The position numbers and the translations under genes are program-made. Shown piece after piece: positions 26,180 to 39,591 of a stretch of 63,738 nt of DNA. The notes beneath the pieces were generated by a model that saw only the letters and a program-made list of their open reading frames with translations, ran no database searches and was not told the DNA's origin. The DNA lies in NCBI GenBank assembly GCA_016748015.1, contig JAAOMT010000785.1, positions 65,604 to 129,341 on the forward strand. Reading direction: 5' to 3'. Source of the DNA: Geosiphon pyriformis uo1 (taxonomy: Eukaryota > Fungi > Glomeromycota). Each line of letters starts with the position of its first letter. Position 1 is the stretch's first letter.

Positions 26180-26920
26180 GCATGATTATTGCTTTTACCC
26201 TATCTTTGGTAGTTATTTTCCATAAATTTGAAAGCCAATTTGAGAGGCAGGCTTTTTGGATGCACTTTTTTCATAGTTTTTATTAGATTCCTATTATTTT
26301 GCTTCGGGCCCAAAAGTGTCTAATTGCGACGTATCGTCGATTAAAAGAAGGCTACTTAAACACATCTCCTTTATCCTATAATCCCATTTTTATCCGTCAC
26401 ATCACTCACACACTGCACTTTTGTAACTTGTACCTCCTTTTCAAAACGCCACACATCATTGAGAATAATCCAAAAGGTTAATTCTACTATATTGTGAGCG
26501 TTCTGCAAAGGAGTGTTTACTATCAGCGAACGGTTTAAAACCAAGGATGTAGTTTTTCATCACTCAATTTTGATAATTCATTCGCTGGGTAAGAGATGAG
26601 ATAGCAAAGGGAAGGGTTGTATTCAATGGGATGATAAAAGAATACTCTGAATTACAAAGGAGATTTTTTATGCGACTCAAATTTTGAATGGTGATTTGTA
26701 GAGGATGAAAGAAGATTCACAAAAATGATATTTGTAATTAAACTTTTCAGACAAAACTTTCCTGAATTAGTTTTTTTATTAAAAAAACTAAGTGATTTGC
26801 TAAAACAAGAGCTTTAAACTTCTGAAAATACATTTATGCTTCAAAGGTTGCTCAACAAAAATTATTAAGACGGGAAAATAAGAACTAATAAAACTAAAAA
26901 TTCTTAATCCCTCTTACCTT

Positions 26921-29104
26921 CTATCGTATCCTGATTAGAAGATCCACGATTGTTAATTCGATAAGCCGAAATCCATTTTTTGCCGCTTTAATTCTTTGCC
27001 ATCTACCAAATTTATGTTCTTGGCCCACTCCAGCTATGAGATATATTTTTCCGTCCTTTTTTGTGTTCACAAATTGAAGAGAATTTACAAAACCAATGAC
27101 AGGTATTTCTGTTAAAAGTTCAAAAGATCGGACTTCATTGATGAGTTTCCAAAGCCGAATGTTCCCATCCCATGATCCAGAGGCAAAAATATCGGTGTAA
27201 GGCAATGCAGCCAGAGATATTATCCAGTAAGGTGATGATAGTGTTCCTTCGCTTTCTGACTTAGTGATTTGGGTACCATGAGCAATATTTTGTACAAAAA
27301 TTGGCTTTTTCTTACTCAGGTGCCACAATGAAATGACACTAAAATAGTGAAGTGATCAAGTTTTATCAAAAAAAAATCTCAATATCATCCCAAAATATAA
27401 AATAAAAAGATCCTTACCCATTATCACCGCCACTCAAAAATTGTTGCTCATCTATTAGAGCGATGGCATCTAAGCTTCCCTCCCTGAAGACTTTGCCGTC
27501 TTCGGTTTCAGATTTTACTCCACCACGAAATACCAATTGTGATTCCTCGACAATCTTCCATAATCTACATGTGCGATCTCTTCCACCAACCGTGACACAA
27601 CGTTCGCGCGCTAGGGCATCAATAGCCGTAACATGGTCTTGATGACCAAATCTAATAATAAAGAAAATACAGAACTTCAAGTTGATCATAGAGAAAATGA
27701 GAAATGGAATAGAATAACATAAACTTCACGTACAAAGTCTCTATGTAGCTCTTTTGCTCTACATTCCATAACTTAATTGTTCGATCATTTGATGCTGAAT
27801 ACAGTTGATAAGTGCCTTTTTGAAACACGAGACCCTTGAATTTCAAAATAACAGGATAAATTTCAACTAGACTTTAAAATCCCACTGGCTCACTCGAAAG
27901 ATTTTAAGAAAATTACCGTACCGTCACATCATCTTTGTGTTGCTTGAAGCAATGCATCAAAGTTAATTTATTATCTTTCTCGACCCAACTATTTATTTTC
28001 TTATCTTTTCCACCGCTAACCTAGAATGAAAAAACTTTAATGGATGCAAATCGTGACAATAAATGGTCATACCATAAAAATATATTCTCGAAATACACAT
28101 ACCAAATATCTTCCATCTGAGCTTAACGCTAAAGACAGAACGGCTTGGGTATGGCCATCGTAATCCTTTAATTCTTTTCTACCACCTGGTAAAACATTTA
28201 ATTTCCTTCCCGTATTTAAATCCCCTTAAATTTTCAAGTGAATTAGGACTAAATAGAAATTCAAGTAAAAGAACTGACTAAATTAAGGAAAATACATTTA
28301 TTGATTGAACCATCTTTTGATCCTGTAAAAAAAAATTCACAAGCGTCTGATGTGGCAATGCATGTGACTGAAAGATCATGGCGTCCGGATTTTATGGTTT
28401 CAGGATTGATAGGAATTTTGACCTAGAAATAAAATTTGAATGGAGTTTAAAATTATTAAGGAAAATAAGTTTTCCAATTTGATGATGTACATAGTATTGA
28501 GCAGTGAACGTACCTTTTCAGCTATATTACGACGAAGACGACCAGAATTTTCAAGCTATTAAGATAAATAGAAATTTTGAGACAAATAATCAAAAAACTT
28601 GTTGGGATTGACTAAACTATTAGCCAAAAATTACCACATCCTGTCGCAACCTCTCCCCTATAAGATCACGATCAATTTCAGCCGCATCAAAGCCTTCCTT
28701 ATCTACGATCCAATTTAATCAAATAATGGAAATATTCTTCATGCTATTTGAAAAATTTTTAGTGGGAATGCTGTATTTGGCTTACCAAGTCCCTCTCGTA
28801 CACTTTCAATGTATTGTTTTGCTAAACGTCTTCTTTTCTCGGCGGGTGTTTCTTTGGTGATTTCGTTTTCGCTAGTATCTTCACTACCACTAGGTTCCAG
28901 TTTCATTTCATCGATCCTGCCAGGCCCAACATCGTCCTCGCTTGAACTAATAGACTCTTCCTCGCTATCTGCCTCTTCATGTTTTCGTTTTTTATGCGAG
29001 TTGGAGTACTGAGAGTTGATCTTGTTTTTGCTTTTAGAAGAACTTGTGTTCTTTGACTTTCTTGTACGAATTTTTTTGGTGGCGAAAAAAGGGTCGCTCA
29101 TCAT
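26921..29104 (-). CDS. RRP9: U3 snoRNP WD40 protein Rrp9 (U3-55K), multi-exon
   Basis: MSDPFF N-terminus, ETPAEKRRRLAKQY, FDAAEIDRDLIGERL, YIETL|FGHQD, RERCVTVGGRDRT.RLWKIVEESQLVFRGG, GVGQEHKFGRW; exons join via GT-AG introns. Confidence 0.95.
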
Positions 29105-29852
29105 CAGGCAAAGTTTTAAGATAAGGATTCAACTGGCCAATTGAAAATTTTATCATTAGCGTTGCGATTTTGAATATTCACTTAGAAATAGAATATGATT
29201 TTTTTAAAATAAATCAGTAATGCTAAAAAATTAATATCACTCATGTATTTATTTTGTTTGTATTATTATTATTAGTATTATTTTTAATTATCTTACATGA
29301 TTTGACAACAAAATAATATAAATTAAAATTGTTTATTGATTATAAAATTTAATTAAAAAACATGATATTAAATTAAATGAAAATTTAATAAATAAAATAT
29401 AATTTAAAAAATGAATTTCAATTATTTTTGATTATTATCAATTTGTTTTAAAATTATTATTAATATTATTATTAATTAATGTTATTATTTTATGTGTTTT
29501 ATAATAATAATAATTTATTATTTTTATTTTTTATTAAATTAAGTATATAATTTTATTAATAAATAATGATTATACAAATATTTAAATTTGTAAATATTAT
29601 TTGTTTTAAAATATTATTATAACCAAAAAAATTTATAATTTGAAAAATATATAATCAAATTTCAAAAATTAAAATGTTAATATTATTTATAAAAAACATT
29701 TAATATTATTATGATTAAAAAATACAAAACCAATTAAATTGCTTGTACAATGGGAATTTTGGAAAACGTGATATCACCTAAAACTGTTCTATTTTGAGTG
29801 AGATGTTTGTTGATACTCAATTTTACCAGTCTCTTCCTTTCGACCCTGAAGC

Positions 29853-31720
29853 ATGGAGTTTACTGTATCCGGAACCAATGTTTATGGTATATTACTTTGA
29901 CATCAATTGATTTTTTGCTCTTAAAGTTTACGAAGAAAACGGGGAATAATTTGCTGCCTCCAAACTTTTTTTGTCCTTTGATTATAGGCTTCATAAAAGT
30001 AGTAAAAGCTGCAGCTGATTTTGGAAAGAATGTTATACTACACGCTGAACAACAACGGGCATGTGCTCTTCTTTTGTCCCAACACTCCGTCATGGAAACC
30101 TCGTCGCTTTGATTATTTACTCTGCTTTTCCCTTCCAGGTCGTACTGGCCTCATGTAGTGAAAATTCTACAGGAACATTGTTGATAGTTTTTCCTATCAA
30201 TTTTTTCTCTCAATACACAATCAATAACCAAGACAGGACCGTGCGCAGTCGTGGAGAGCCCTTCGTTGCTGATTTTTCCTTGTCTAGTAACATTGTTTTC
30301 AATCAACCTGGGACTATTTCTATTGAACTCACATCAATGACATTAAAACATGTGCTTACCAAACCACAATACGTTGAATCATGTCAATGGCGTCTTCAAG
30401 GAGGTCCAATAGCTATTGTTGGACGAAAAAATCGGGATCTCTTAATAACAAAATATAATTTGCGTAATGGTATGGTTAATGCCCTGAATGAAGATTCTTT
30501 TTAAAGTTTTAATTCACATTTCTACATCACTCAAATAAAACATAGGATTGACAAAAACGAATCGTATTACATATGCCGTAGTAAGAACCCAATTGCCTAC
30601 TTTTAACTTATCATATCGATATCAAATGCAAATACGTTCAAAAATTTTGAGTAGTGCGCTTCAACCTTTCAAAAAAGATGTGAATAGGACAAGAGTTAAA
30701 TTATGGACCGAGACCGATAAGCATCGTCGCATTGTTATTGAAACTGATTATAGGCCCGAAGACTTTCAAGATCCTGACTTGAAGATTACATGCACCAAAG
30801 TTATAATCCCTCACAACAATTTTCTTTTGCACACACTCATAGACTGGGTCTATCTCAAGTTTGAAATGCCAGAATACAAGGTAAAACCGAAAGTTAGAAT
30901 GGATCAATGTATCTACAGTACAGATTTATTAATTGTCGTTTTATTTTCAGATTTTTATATCTTTAATAAAAAATTTGAGCATTAACAAAAACGACTCCAT
31001 TGAAGATCCTGGAGTTCTGATAAACACCGCATTCGGCGCAAATTCAACTGATGTAGCGGAGTATGTATTCTTGTTCTTTCTAATATTATATGCTCCTCTC
31101 ATCTTGTCAGTCTCCAACCAATTTACCTTTAAATTTCCCAATATAGCCCAAAACACTTACGAATAACAGCCCAACACGACGAATATCCAATTCAGGCATC
31201 ATGTTATTTACGAGCTGATGCTGTGGTTCAACAACCAAGACTGAATTTAGAAGCGACAATTTCTCTCTTACCGCGAACTTCTACAGCTACTTCTGATACC
31301 CCATCGACTCCTCAGCACTCGCGTTCATGGGAAAATATGAGGGACCCTTGGAGAGTCACATCTTCAAATATCGACAATATTGAAACACCCTTCTCATATA
31401 ACACCGGTTACAACTCAATTCCCACCCCACATACGGCTAGCAATACACCACAATTCACGCGGGAAGGTACTTTAGTTTTAGAGACTGATAACTCCTGTGC
31501 AACTTTTTTGGATTCTGATGACGAATACACTCCACCATCTACACCTTCAAAACGACGACGTGTTGAAAACACTTATTTTGTGGAAAGTACACTAGATGAT
31601 AACGACGAAGACAACGATGAAGAGGAAAATTTTGACTACCAAGCCTTAGATCCCAAAATGAACGAAGATACACCGGGTGCGAGAAAGGCAATCCCGATTC
31701 GGAAAAGATTATTCATATGA
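29853..31720 (+). CDS. Divergent Rad9/Ddc1-like 9-1-1 checkpoint clamp subunit (~484 aa); exons 29853-29886, 29988-30058, 30139-30469, 30546-30880, 30951-31060, 31147-31720
   Basis: Spliced product MEFTVSGTNVYGFIKVVKAAADFGKNVILHAEQQRVVLASCSENSTGTLLIVFPINFFSQYTI...KYNLRNGLTKTNRITY...FEMPEYKIFISL follows the Rad9 pattern, then a disordered S/T/P and acidic tail. Intron 2 must be GC-AG. Confidence 0.72.
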
Positions 31721-32029
31721 AAATAAATAAAGTGTAGTGCTTCTTATTTTGGAATGTCTTGAGCATTACATTTTTCGTCTATTTATAGCGAAAATTCACA
31801 AATTTTGAAGAAATATAAATATTTAAGAAAATCGAAACCAAAATCTATCACACTTTTGGGCTGTTGTATCCGTGTGTGAACCTTGTAACGTCTATAAAAT
31901 AGTTAGAACATAGATAATCCTAATACAATAAAATAATATTAATTCTAGAATTTCATCTTGCTTCAATATGATCACCGATTTTTTGAACTATTCTTATGAA
32001 AATGACCTATTCTTATTCCTTCCTCACCA

Positions 32030-32696
32030 ATGAATTTGAAAAATCTGGAACTGCGGGTATCACAAACCCGTTATATCGACTTGGAATTGGGGCCCAACCG
32101 GTCCAATTTTCACTTTCAGCACGATTTACATGGAAACGAGCATGTTGCATCAAAGTATCCTCATCTTGCTTTTTTGCAAGATTTTGAGTCTCGGTAAATG
32201 CAATATTTTTCTACAATTTAGAAAATGTAACTTTGAATTCAAAAGTCGAGATGCCATTAAAGAATCACAAGGAAATATAAGGCTTAATACATCGTATGTC
32301 ATCAGTTGTTTATATTGTGCAGAAAGTGGGTCAATCATCGGTATGTTGGGAGTGTACTGACTTTCAGTGAAAAGAATAGTATTTCATATTTTAGTCAAAG
32401 TACAATTAGCAACGAATTGACCTCAAATTAACCTTCTACAAGCTGACCTTAAAGTAGGCGAGGGATTGCTGACGACCTGCTGGGAGAATCCTACCCCTCC
32501 GGAATATGCGCCACTAGATATTTCACTCGATATTGCAGTCCCGACGGTGGACCCTAATAAAGTAGCGGTGTGAGGTGGAAATACGAAAAAAATATGATGT
32601 TTGGGTATTGATGGCAATTGATGATAAAATGATTTAGTTTTTCTTTATTAGCAACCTTTTATAAAGGAATTAGCTCTTGTTTCACGACTTCTTTAA
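32030..32696 (+). CDS. Putative 4-exon hypothetical protein (~137 aa); exons 32030-32154, 32222-32340, 32443-32567, 32652-32696
   Basis: Phase-compatible GT-AG introns of 67, 102 and 84 nt give one continuous frame in GC-richer sequence; no family recognised. Confidence 0.45.
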
Positions 32697-32926
32697 AGGG
32701 TGTCTTCCTTGGTTCTTATTTAACAAAAGTATCAAAGGTGAAATTATGCATTTCCATTATCCTCAATAACATTGCTGGGGTATAGTGACCCATCATGATA
32801 TATTTGGAGGTAATTGTCGTTTGAAAAGAGGACTCGACCACGAAACAACAATACCATCATTACAAGTCTGTGTATTTGAGGCTTCAACCCATCTTAGTAT
32901 TTGCTTTGATTCGTTATAGGCCTTAC

Positions 32927-33307
32927 TTAGCTATTGTGATCCACTTCTTCAATTTTAATCTCAAGTAAACCATTTGCTACCTTTAATTTCTTCCCTGCTT
33001 GATTAAAAATGTAATAACCACCTAATCCACCATATGCAACACGTTGTTGCTGTTGTTGAGCTCCGGGGGAAGCGTTAATAGGTCCATTCATCCCTCTGAT
33101 TGCTGTAACGTTTCCCAATCCGCCAGTGTTATCACGAAAATTACTAGACATAGAATTCAAACGTTGCGTATGTTGCTGTTGGAATAACTGCCTCTGAGAT
33201 AATACTGGGATAGAGTTTGCTCTTGAAGGGCTTGGACGTTGTGTGTCCATAAAAGTCAAACTTGGGCGTTCGGGACTTATGTTGCTCAAGGAGTTTTTAC
33301 GGTTCAT
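32927..33307 (-). CDS. Hypothetical 126-aa low-complexity (Q/S/N/G-rich) protein
   Basis: First in-frame ATG at 33307; coding-like composition; ordered-looking C-terminal segment GGLGGYYIFNQAGKKLKVANGLLEIKIEEVD. Confidence 0.6.
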   Translation of the reverse strand: MNRKNSLSNISPERPSLTFMDTQRPSPSRANSIPVLSQRQLFQQQHTQRLNSMSSNFRDNTGGLGNVTAIRGMNGPINASPGAQQQQQRVAYGGLGGYYIFNQAGKKLKVANGLLEIKIEEVDHNS

Positions 33308-36300
33308 CCTGCACCCTTCAACGATTAATTTCAAGACAAATGTGTTGATAAATTGCTACAATTTGATGCTATGTGAAATTGGCATGATTGACATGTGAAC
33401 AAGAGCACATGTGTGTATTTTTATTTTTAAAAAGGATTTTATTTTTAATTATACATAATTAATTAAAATATTTTAATATACAAGAACTTGCCAAATATTT
33501 TTAATAAAAATAAATATTGATTTATAATATTTTTAGAATTTTTATTTTATTGTATTTTTTTAAAATAAAATATTTAACTCAAAGATTATATGAATGTTAA
33601 AAAAAAAATTTTGCTATAAAATTTTTTTTAACTTAATAAATTACTTTTGACAATTAAATTAAAAATAAAACTAATAATTATTTAAATTTTTTAAACAAAA
33701 TCACGTCAAATCAAAATTTAAATATTTGATCATAAAAAATTAAGAAAATTAAAAACTAAGAAAAATTTATTTAAAAAAAATATAATTTAAAAATAATTTT
33801 AATAAAATTTTTTAAATAAATAAATAAGTAATTTAAACTAACAAAAAACATGTATTAAAAATTATTATTTTTAAATTTTCTGAGTAATATGGTTATTTAA
33901 TTTGTACAAAAAATTAGTTAGCTTATTAAATTACATAAAATAAAATAAAATAAAATAATATACAATAAAAATATTCAAAAATTTAATTGTCATTATATTA
34001 TACTTAAATAAATTTCAAAAATTAATAAAGTAATAAAAAAGTGTTATTATTATTATTTATTATTATTAAAACAACTAAAAATAATTTAAGCAAAAAATTT
34101 ATAATAATCATATAAGAAAAAACCATTAATTCAATTATTTTGATTATTGTTTTTCTAATAGAAGCGAAATAATAATAAAAAGTATGTAAAATCATTGATA
34201 ATATTTTAAATTTTCAAAGTAAATTTCAAAATGAAATAATATAGAGCAGATTTTCTTAATTTTAGTTGTGATAAATTTCAATTGAAATTGTTGTATGGTG
34301 AAGTGATTAATTTTTGGAGCTAAAATTTGAATCACATTCTATGGCAGTCAGCAATAAATTATATGCCTTTTTTGTCAATTCAACTATAACAACCATTTAA
34401 GACTAAAATTTAATGAAAGCTATTTTTGTTGTATATTGCATCTTTCAAAACAGGAAGATAGCTGACTTATTAAGTATTGTTTTTATTTGATCTGAAGCAT
34501 AAATAACTGATGTTTGTCTGTATTGGTAAAAATACCATATTGATTCATATAGAAGAAACACATAACGGCATTATACCATAGTACTAATGATCTGAATATA
34601 TTTTTTAGAATTTTTTTCTTTAATTCGTGAATAGATTTCTCATATTTGTTATGAGATATCAATAAGATTCGAAATTAAAAATTTAGAGTAGTCAAAAAGT
34701 GTGTATGTAAATTATTTTGAGTATGTTTTTTCAATATATTTTATTTTTTCCTTGTTGAATAAAAAAAAATTTTATGAACGAAACTAAAAAGTGATTAATT
34801 AAGAAAAGAATTAAATAGATAATAATAATAATAATAATAATAATGTAATTGAAACAGAAAAAATAAAAAAGTGGAAAATAATAATACATTTAAAAAATAA
34901 TAAGGTAAATAAAAGAAATTTTAATAATTTTTTTTGAAAAGAGGTTAAAGAAAATAATTAGTAAAAATATCAATTTTTAATAAAAATAAATTATATATGT
35001 ACTATAAAAATTAAATTTTTTAAATCAATTATTCTAATATAAACAAATTTTTTTATGAATATAATTTACAATTTAAGTTATTTAAAATGGTTTAAAAAAA
35101 TAAAAAAAATTTATTTTATTTTAAATTTTGCGTATACATTAAAATAATAATTATTTAACATTTATTCTTTACAATACTGAAATATATTTCAATTTTGTAA
35201 TTATTATCAATATATATTTAATAATAATAAAAAAACAATGGTTTAATAATTTGAATAATGTAATATTAATTTACGATATTTTTATATATTAAAATATATC
35301 ATGTTAATTAGTTAATAATGGTATTTAAAATAAATGATAAATTTTTAATGAAATATAAATAATTTATTAATTACGCTATATTTTTTAATAAATAGTATAT
35401 TTCGTTTTTTGAATACTTTATTAATAAGCCAATTATAAAATAAAAAATAAAAAATTTCAAAAATTTTTTATTATTACCAATTTTTCTATGTTTAATTTAC
35501 ATTATTTTAATAAAGTTAATTTAAATGAAAATTTATTTAATTAAAAAATTTAAAAACATTTTTTTATTATTAATAGAATATTGAGAATTCATTACAAAAA
35601 TTTTTATTTAATGATTTATAAATATACTTGAATATATTAATAAATAACAAATAATTTATAACAAGTTTGTAAAACAAAAAATTAAATTTATATTATAATT
35701 TTTAAAATATATATTTTTATCAAAATTAATTAAATATTGTTTATCATTTTATAAATTTTTATGAATAAATAATAAAAATATTTAGTTTTTAAGAATTTAA
35801 AGCAAATAATAATTACCCAATTTTGAAAAAACAAACAAACAAACAAATCTTGGAATCATTTAATATAAAATAAATTTAATACAATTAAAACAAAAAGATT
35901 ATAATTATAAATTCTGTTTACTAAATATTTTTTTTAAAAAATAAATGAAGAAATTAATTCGAGTAAAAGATTTAATTTGAATTTAAAATTTAATACAATC
36001 TAAATGTATTTTTGTTTTCACTGATTATATATTATTTTAAAGAGAATATTCCAAAAAATTGTATTTCTGTTAAATGATGTGTAAATTCTTGAATATATTG
36101 AAAATGAAAATTTAATCTAAAGGGATTTATTGGAAAAAAAAATTGGCAAAATTTTTAGAGTTTTATGTTTAATAATTTGAGTTTATTAAATATTGATTTG
36201 CTGCTAAAAACTAACGTATTTTCAACCACTGGCAATGAAGTTGTAATATACTATTCAAATTCAAATTCAAATTCAAATTCAATGAATCAAATATTAAGAT

Positions 36301-36339
36301 AAGTTTAAATATTAATACTGAATACATAAATATTACTTT

Positions 36340-37270
36340 TAAAAGCATTGTTTAGCAGCGTTTGCCTTGTTCAATTCCATGTGACCCAGCAGCCTGTAAG
36401 TTTGAGCATCGATAATTATTGAGGTTTTATTATTTTGAAATAAAATAGATTCAATTTTAACTATAGTGAAACAAAAAAAAATGATGTTCAAGGAATTAAG
36501 TATTGCCTAGCCAAAATTTTTCATAGAGCTAAACGTATATAGTATTTGAAGGATTCCTAAAGTTTAGTTCTGAAAATTTCTATACCTCGACTTTCCCTTC
36601 TCCATTCTAAAATTTGAAAGGGTAATGCAAGATCTTTTTGACCACTCCTGAAACGGAGGGCAACCACTTGCAATTTCGCAGAGAAAGACGCTCAACGAAT
36701 AAATATCAAAAGCTTTACTATGTCACAATGGTGAATGGTGAATGGTGAATGGTGAATCGTGGCAATGAACTGGGCCTGTGAATGAAAACTAAGGAAAAGG
36801 GTTATTTTCTAGTGAAAGAATTGTATGCACATGAATTGCGTGGGAAAATTTTTAGAGTGATTAAATTTTAAAAGATATATTATTAAATTATGATCAATGA
36901 AATTTCTCATTTATAAATAAACCAACTCATAAACTTTTGTGTAGTGTCTCTTTTTATTCATACAGATATCCTATGATATCGATTATATTTTCGGCCAGCT
37001 GAGTTTTTTACTAGTCCCCAAGTAGTTTAAATTGATTCCTCAAAGTGTCTCTCTATTCACATATTGTAATATCTCTCCTAAAACCTGAAATGAGGAACAA
37101 TTTAATTGTATTTATTATTAGAAATAGGCAAAAAAAAAGTCCTATTTCAAATTTGAAAAGTTGAATCATTGGTTTGCACTAAGAGAAAATTTAGAAATTT
37201 TAAATATATTTATTAAGCCAGAAATATATGATATTTAAGTTTTAAAGATACCTCACGCTTGATCATTAGG
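36340..37270 (-). pseudogene. Highly decayed copy of the kinase-Sel1 gene family
   Basis: Minus strand FDIYSLSVFLCEIASGCPPFQ (36650-36715), LYEKFW (~36515), KRE|gt donor (37250, matching ATACCTCACGCTTGA at ~1786), Sel1-like trace ~36350-36395. Confidence 0.65.
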
Positions 37271-37604
37271 TGACCTGAGTGGCTTTAGTGTTTGTTTCAA
37301 TCTCAATGGCTAGATTAAATTAGCTCTCCAGAATAAAACTCGAATTCTTTGATATATCTTAAATATTAGATCAATAATAACATCAATAATTCATTGAATA
37401 GGGATTTTAAAACAACAGGATTAATTTTAAATGAGGATGGCCGTAATACCGTATCAATTGTTCCAAGCTTTTTATATAAGCAATCTTATACCGTATTTGG
37501 TCTCATAATTATTGGAGAGGGATCTTGAAGCTATATTTCAAACGGTAACATATTTTAGATTTTTAAATAAGTGGGTATGCGAACATTCCTGTGTTGTGTA
37601 TCAC

Positions 37605-37610
<6 letters not shown>

Positions 37611-37700
<90 letters not shown>
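37611..37700. repeat. (TAT)30 microsatellite
   Basis: Read directly. Confidence 0.97.
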
Positions 37701-39421
37701 GCAAAAATAATATAAAACCTTTTGTATTTATTAACTAAATAAGAAACCTTCCCAAGTTAAAAAAAAAATGGTTTTGGAAACAACGGCTGAACTAGCTTGA
37801 AAAAAACTTGCAATCTAGCCGAAATCAAATCAAAGAATGGGAGATGTTTATTTTTAATTATTCCGAAAATGGACATGAAAATTTAATTAATAATAATCAG
37901 TTTTTGAATTCGGACGAAAAATTATGAAAAAACAAAATGAACTTTAGACTTTTATTTTGTATGAGCAAACAGAAAAACAAACAAAAAAACAAACAAACAA
38001 ATAAACAATATTATTTATTCGAATATTGTTATTAAAATTATGGTAAATACAATGTTATTTTCAATTTTTTAAAATTCCAAAGTAAATCTGGAGTATTGAA
38101 AATAAATCCACATTTGAATAAATAAGCATTTAGTGGATTAAACATGTTTGAAATCTAAGATTTACTTTTCTTTTTCGATTAATATTATTGAGATCAAATT
38201 TTTATGTGTGGGGTTTTTTCAATAATCATTTAAGTAGAAGGCAAAAGTAATAAAGGTTAATATTATTTTGAATAAAAATTATTAAATAATCAATTTTTAA
38301 TCTTGAAGGTTAGTAACTTTGAATGAATGAATAAATAAATAAATGATGAATAAATGATGAATGAATAAATGAATAAATGGCACATAATATTGAAAAAATA
38401 TAGTCAATCTGTCCAAAAAGCAAAGGTTTTTATAACCTTTTGGAATAATTTATTATAGAATTTAAAATGAAAAGATAAAAATTTAGTAATTCAGAAATAT
38501 AATCAAAGATTATTAGTTTTTAAAACACTTTTTAAATTATATGTGGTAATAATGTAAATTCATTGATAATTAAGTTGTGAATTTAATTAATAAACAATAA
38601 CGTTAAAAAAATTTCAAAATAACTATTTACTAAAAATTATTTAACGAACATTTTTAAAAATTTTTGAATAAATAATGTATTATGAAAATAAATTTTGAAA
38701 ACAAAATATACTAAGCATTTGAATTCTAATAAAAAATTTTATAATATGATAAATATGAAAAAAAAAAATTTGAAATTTCTTTTAAAAAAATAACCTGTTT
38801 AACAAGAATTTTGCAATGGTAAAATTTTTTAATAATGATTGTTATTAAGTACATGTACTTAAAAAATGAGTTTCCTTTTAAAGCAAAAAAAAATTAATTA
38901 GGAGAAATTTTTCATTCATACTTTTTTTTTCATTTATCAAATACATGTATTCTAATTTTTTTGATATCTATTTATAATAATTAAATCACAATAATCGATT
39001 AAATAATAAAATCATATTTTATGCATTATCTTTTGAATATCGGAAAAAGTAAAAACAGGAAAAATGTAGTGAGAGACTACAGAAAATGTATATATATATG
39101 TATAGTTTCAAGTAAAAATGCTTATTCGATTTATTACTCTTTTTATAAACAAATATGTCGTAAAACATTAAATACTTTATGAATTAGATATTTTACAAAG
39201 CAATAATTCCAAGGGCGAAATCATTGTGTTCCCAATTTTGGCAAGATTAGGTGGCAAATTGTACATCCCCATTTTTGCTAAACCTTTTTAAAATGCATTC
39301 TTTCAAGCATCTGCATATTTTAACTAGTAAAGGTTTTGTTACCCGTTACACTTTTGTAATACGCATTATTTACAAAAAGCAAAGAATATCATGAGAACGA
39401 TTTTTTTTTGAAAGGAATCAT

Positions 39422-39490
39422 ACGAACGAACGACGAACTAACGAACGAACGAACGAACGAACGAACGAACGAACGAACGAACGAACGAAC
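39422..39490. repeat. (ACGA)n microsatellite ~100 bp upstream of the PLAC8 start codon
   Basis: Read directly. Confidence 0.92.
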
Positions 39491-39591
39491 AAACGAAAGA
39501 AGAAACGAGATAAAAAAACATTTTTCAATTACGAACCAAAATTAATTTTCAAAAAAAATAATACTTCAAAATAAAGAAGCGATAGAATAAT

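Noticed and set aside
32194-32221. 28-nt GT-AG intron
   Set aside because: Too short for this genome; the same-phase donor at 32155 gives a normal 67-nt intron.
37512-37715. Poly-Tyr ORF
   Set aside because: Translation of (TAT)30.
38845-38862. 18-bp palindrome TTAAGTACATGTACTTAA
   Set aside because: Short and AT-rich; plausible by chance and no supporting context.
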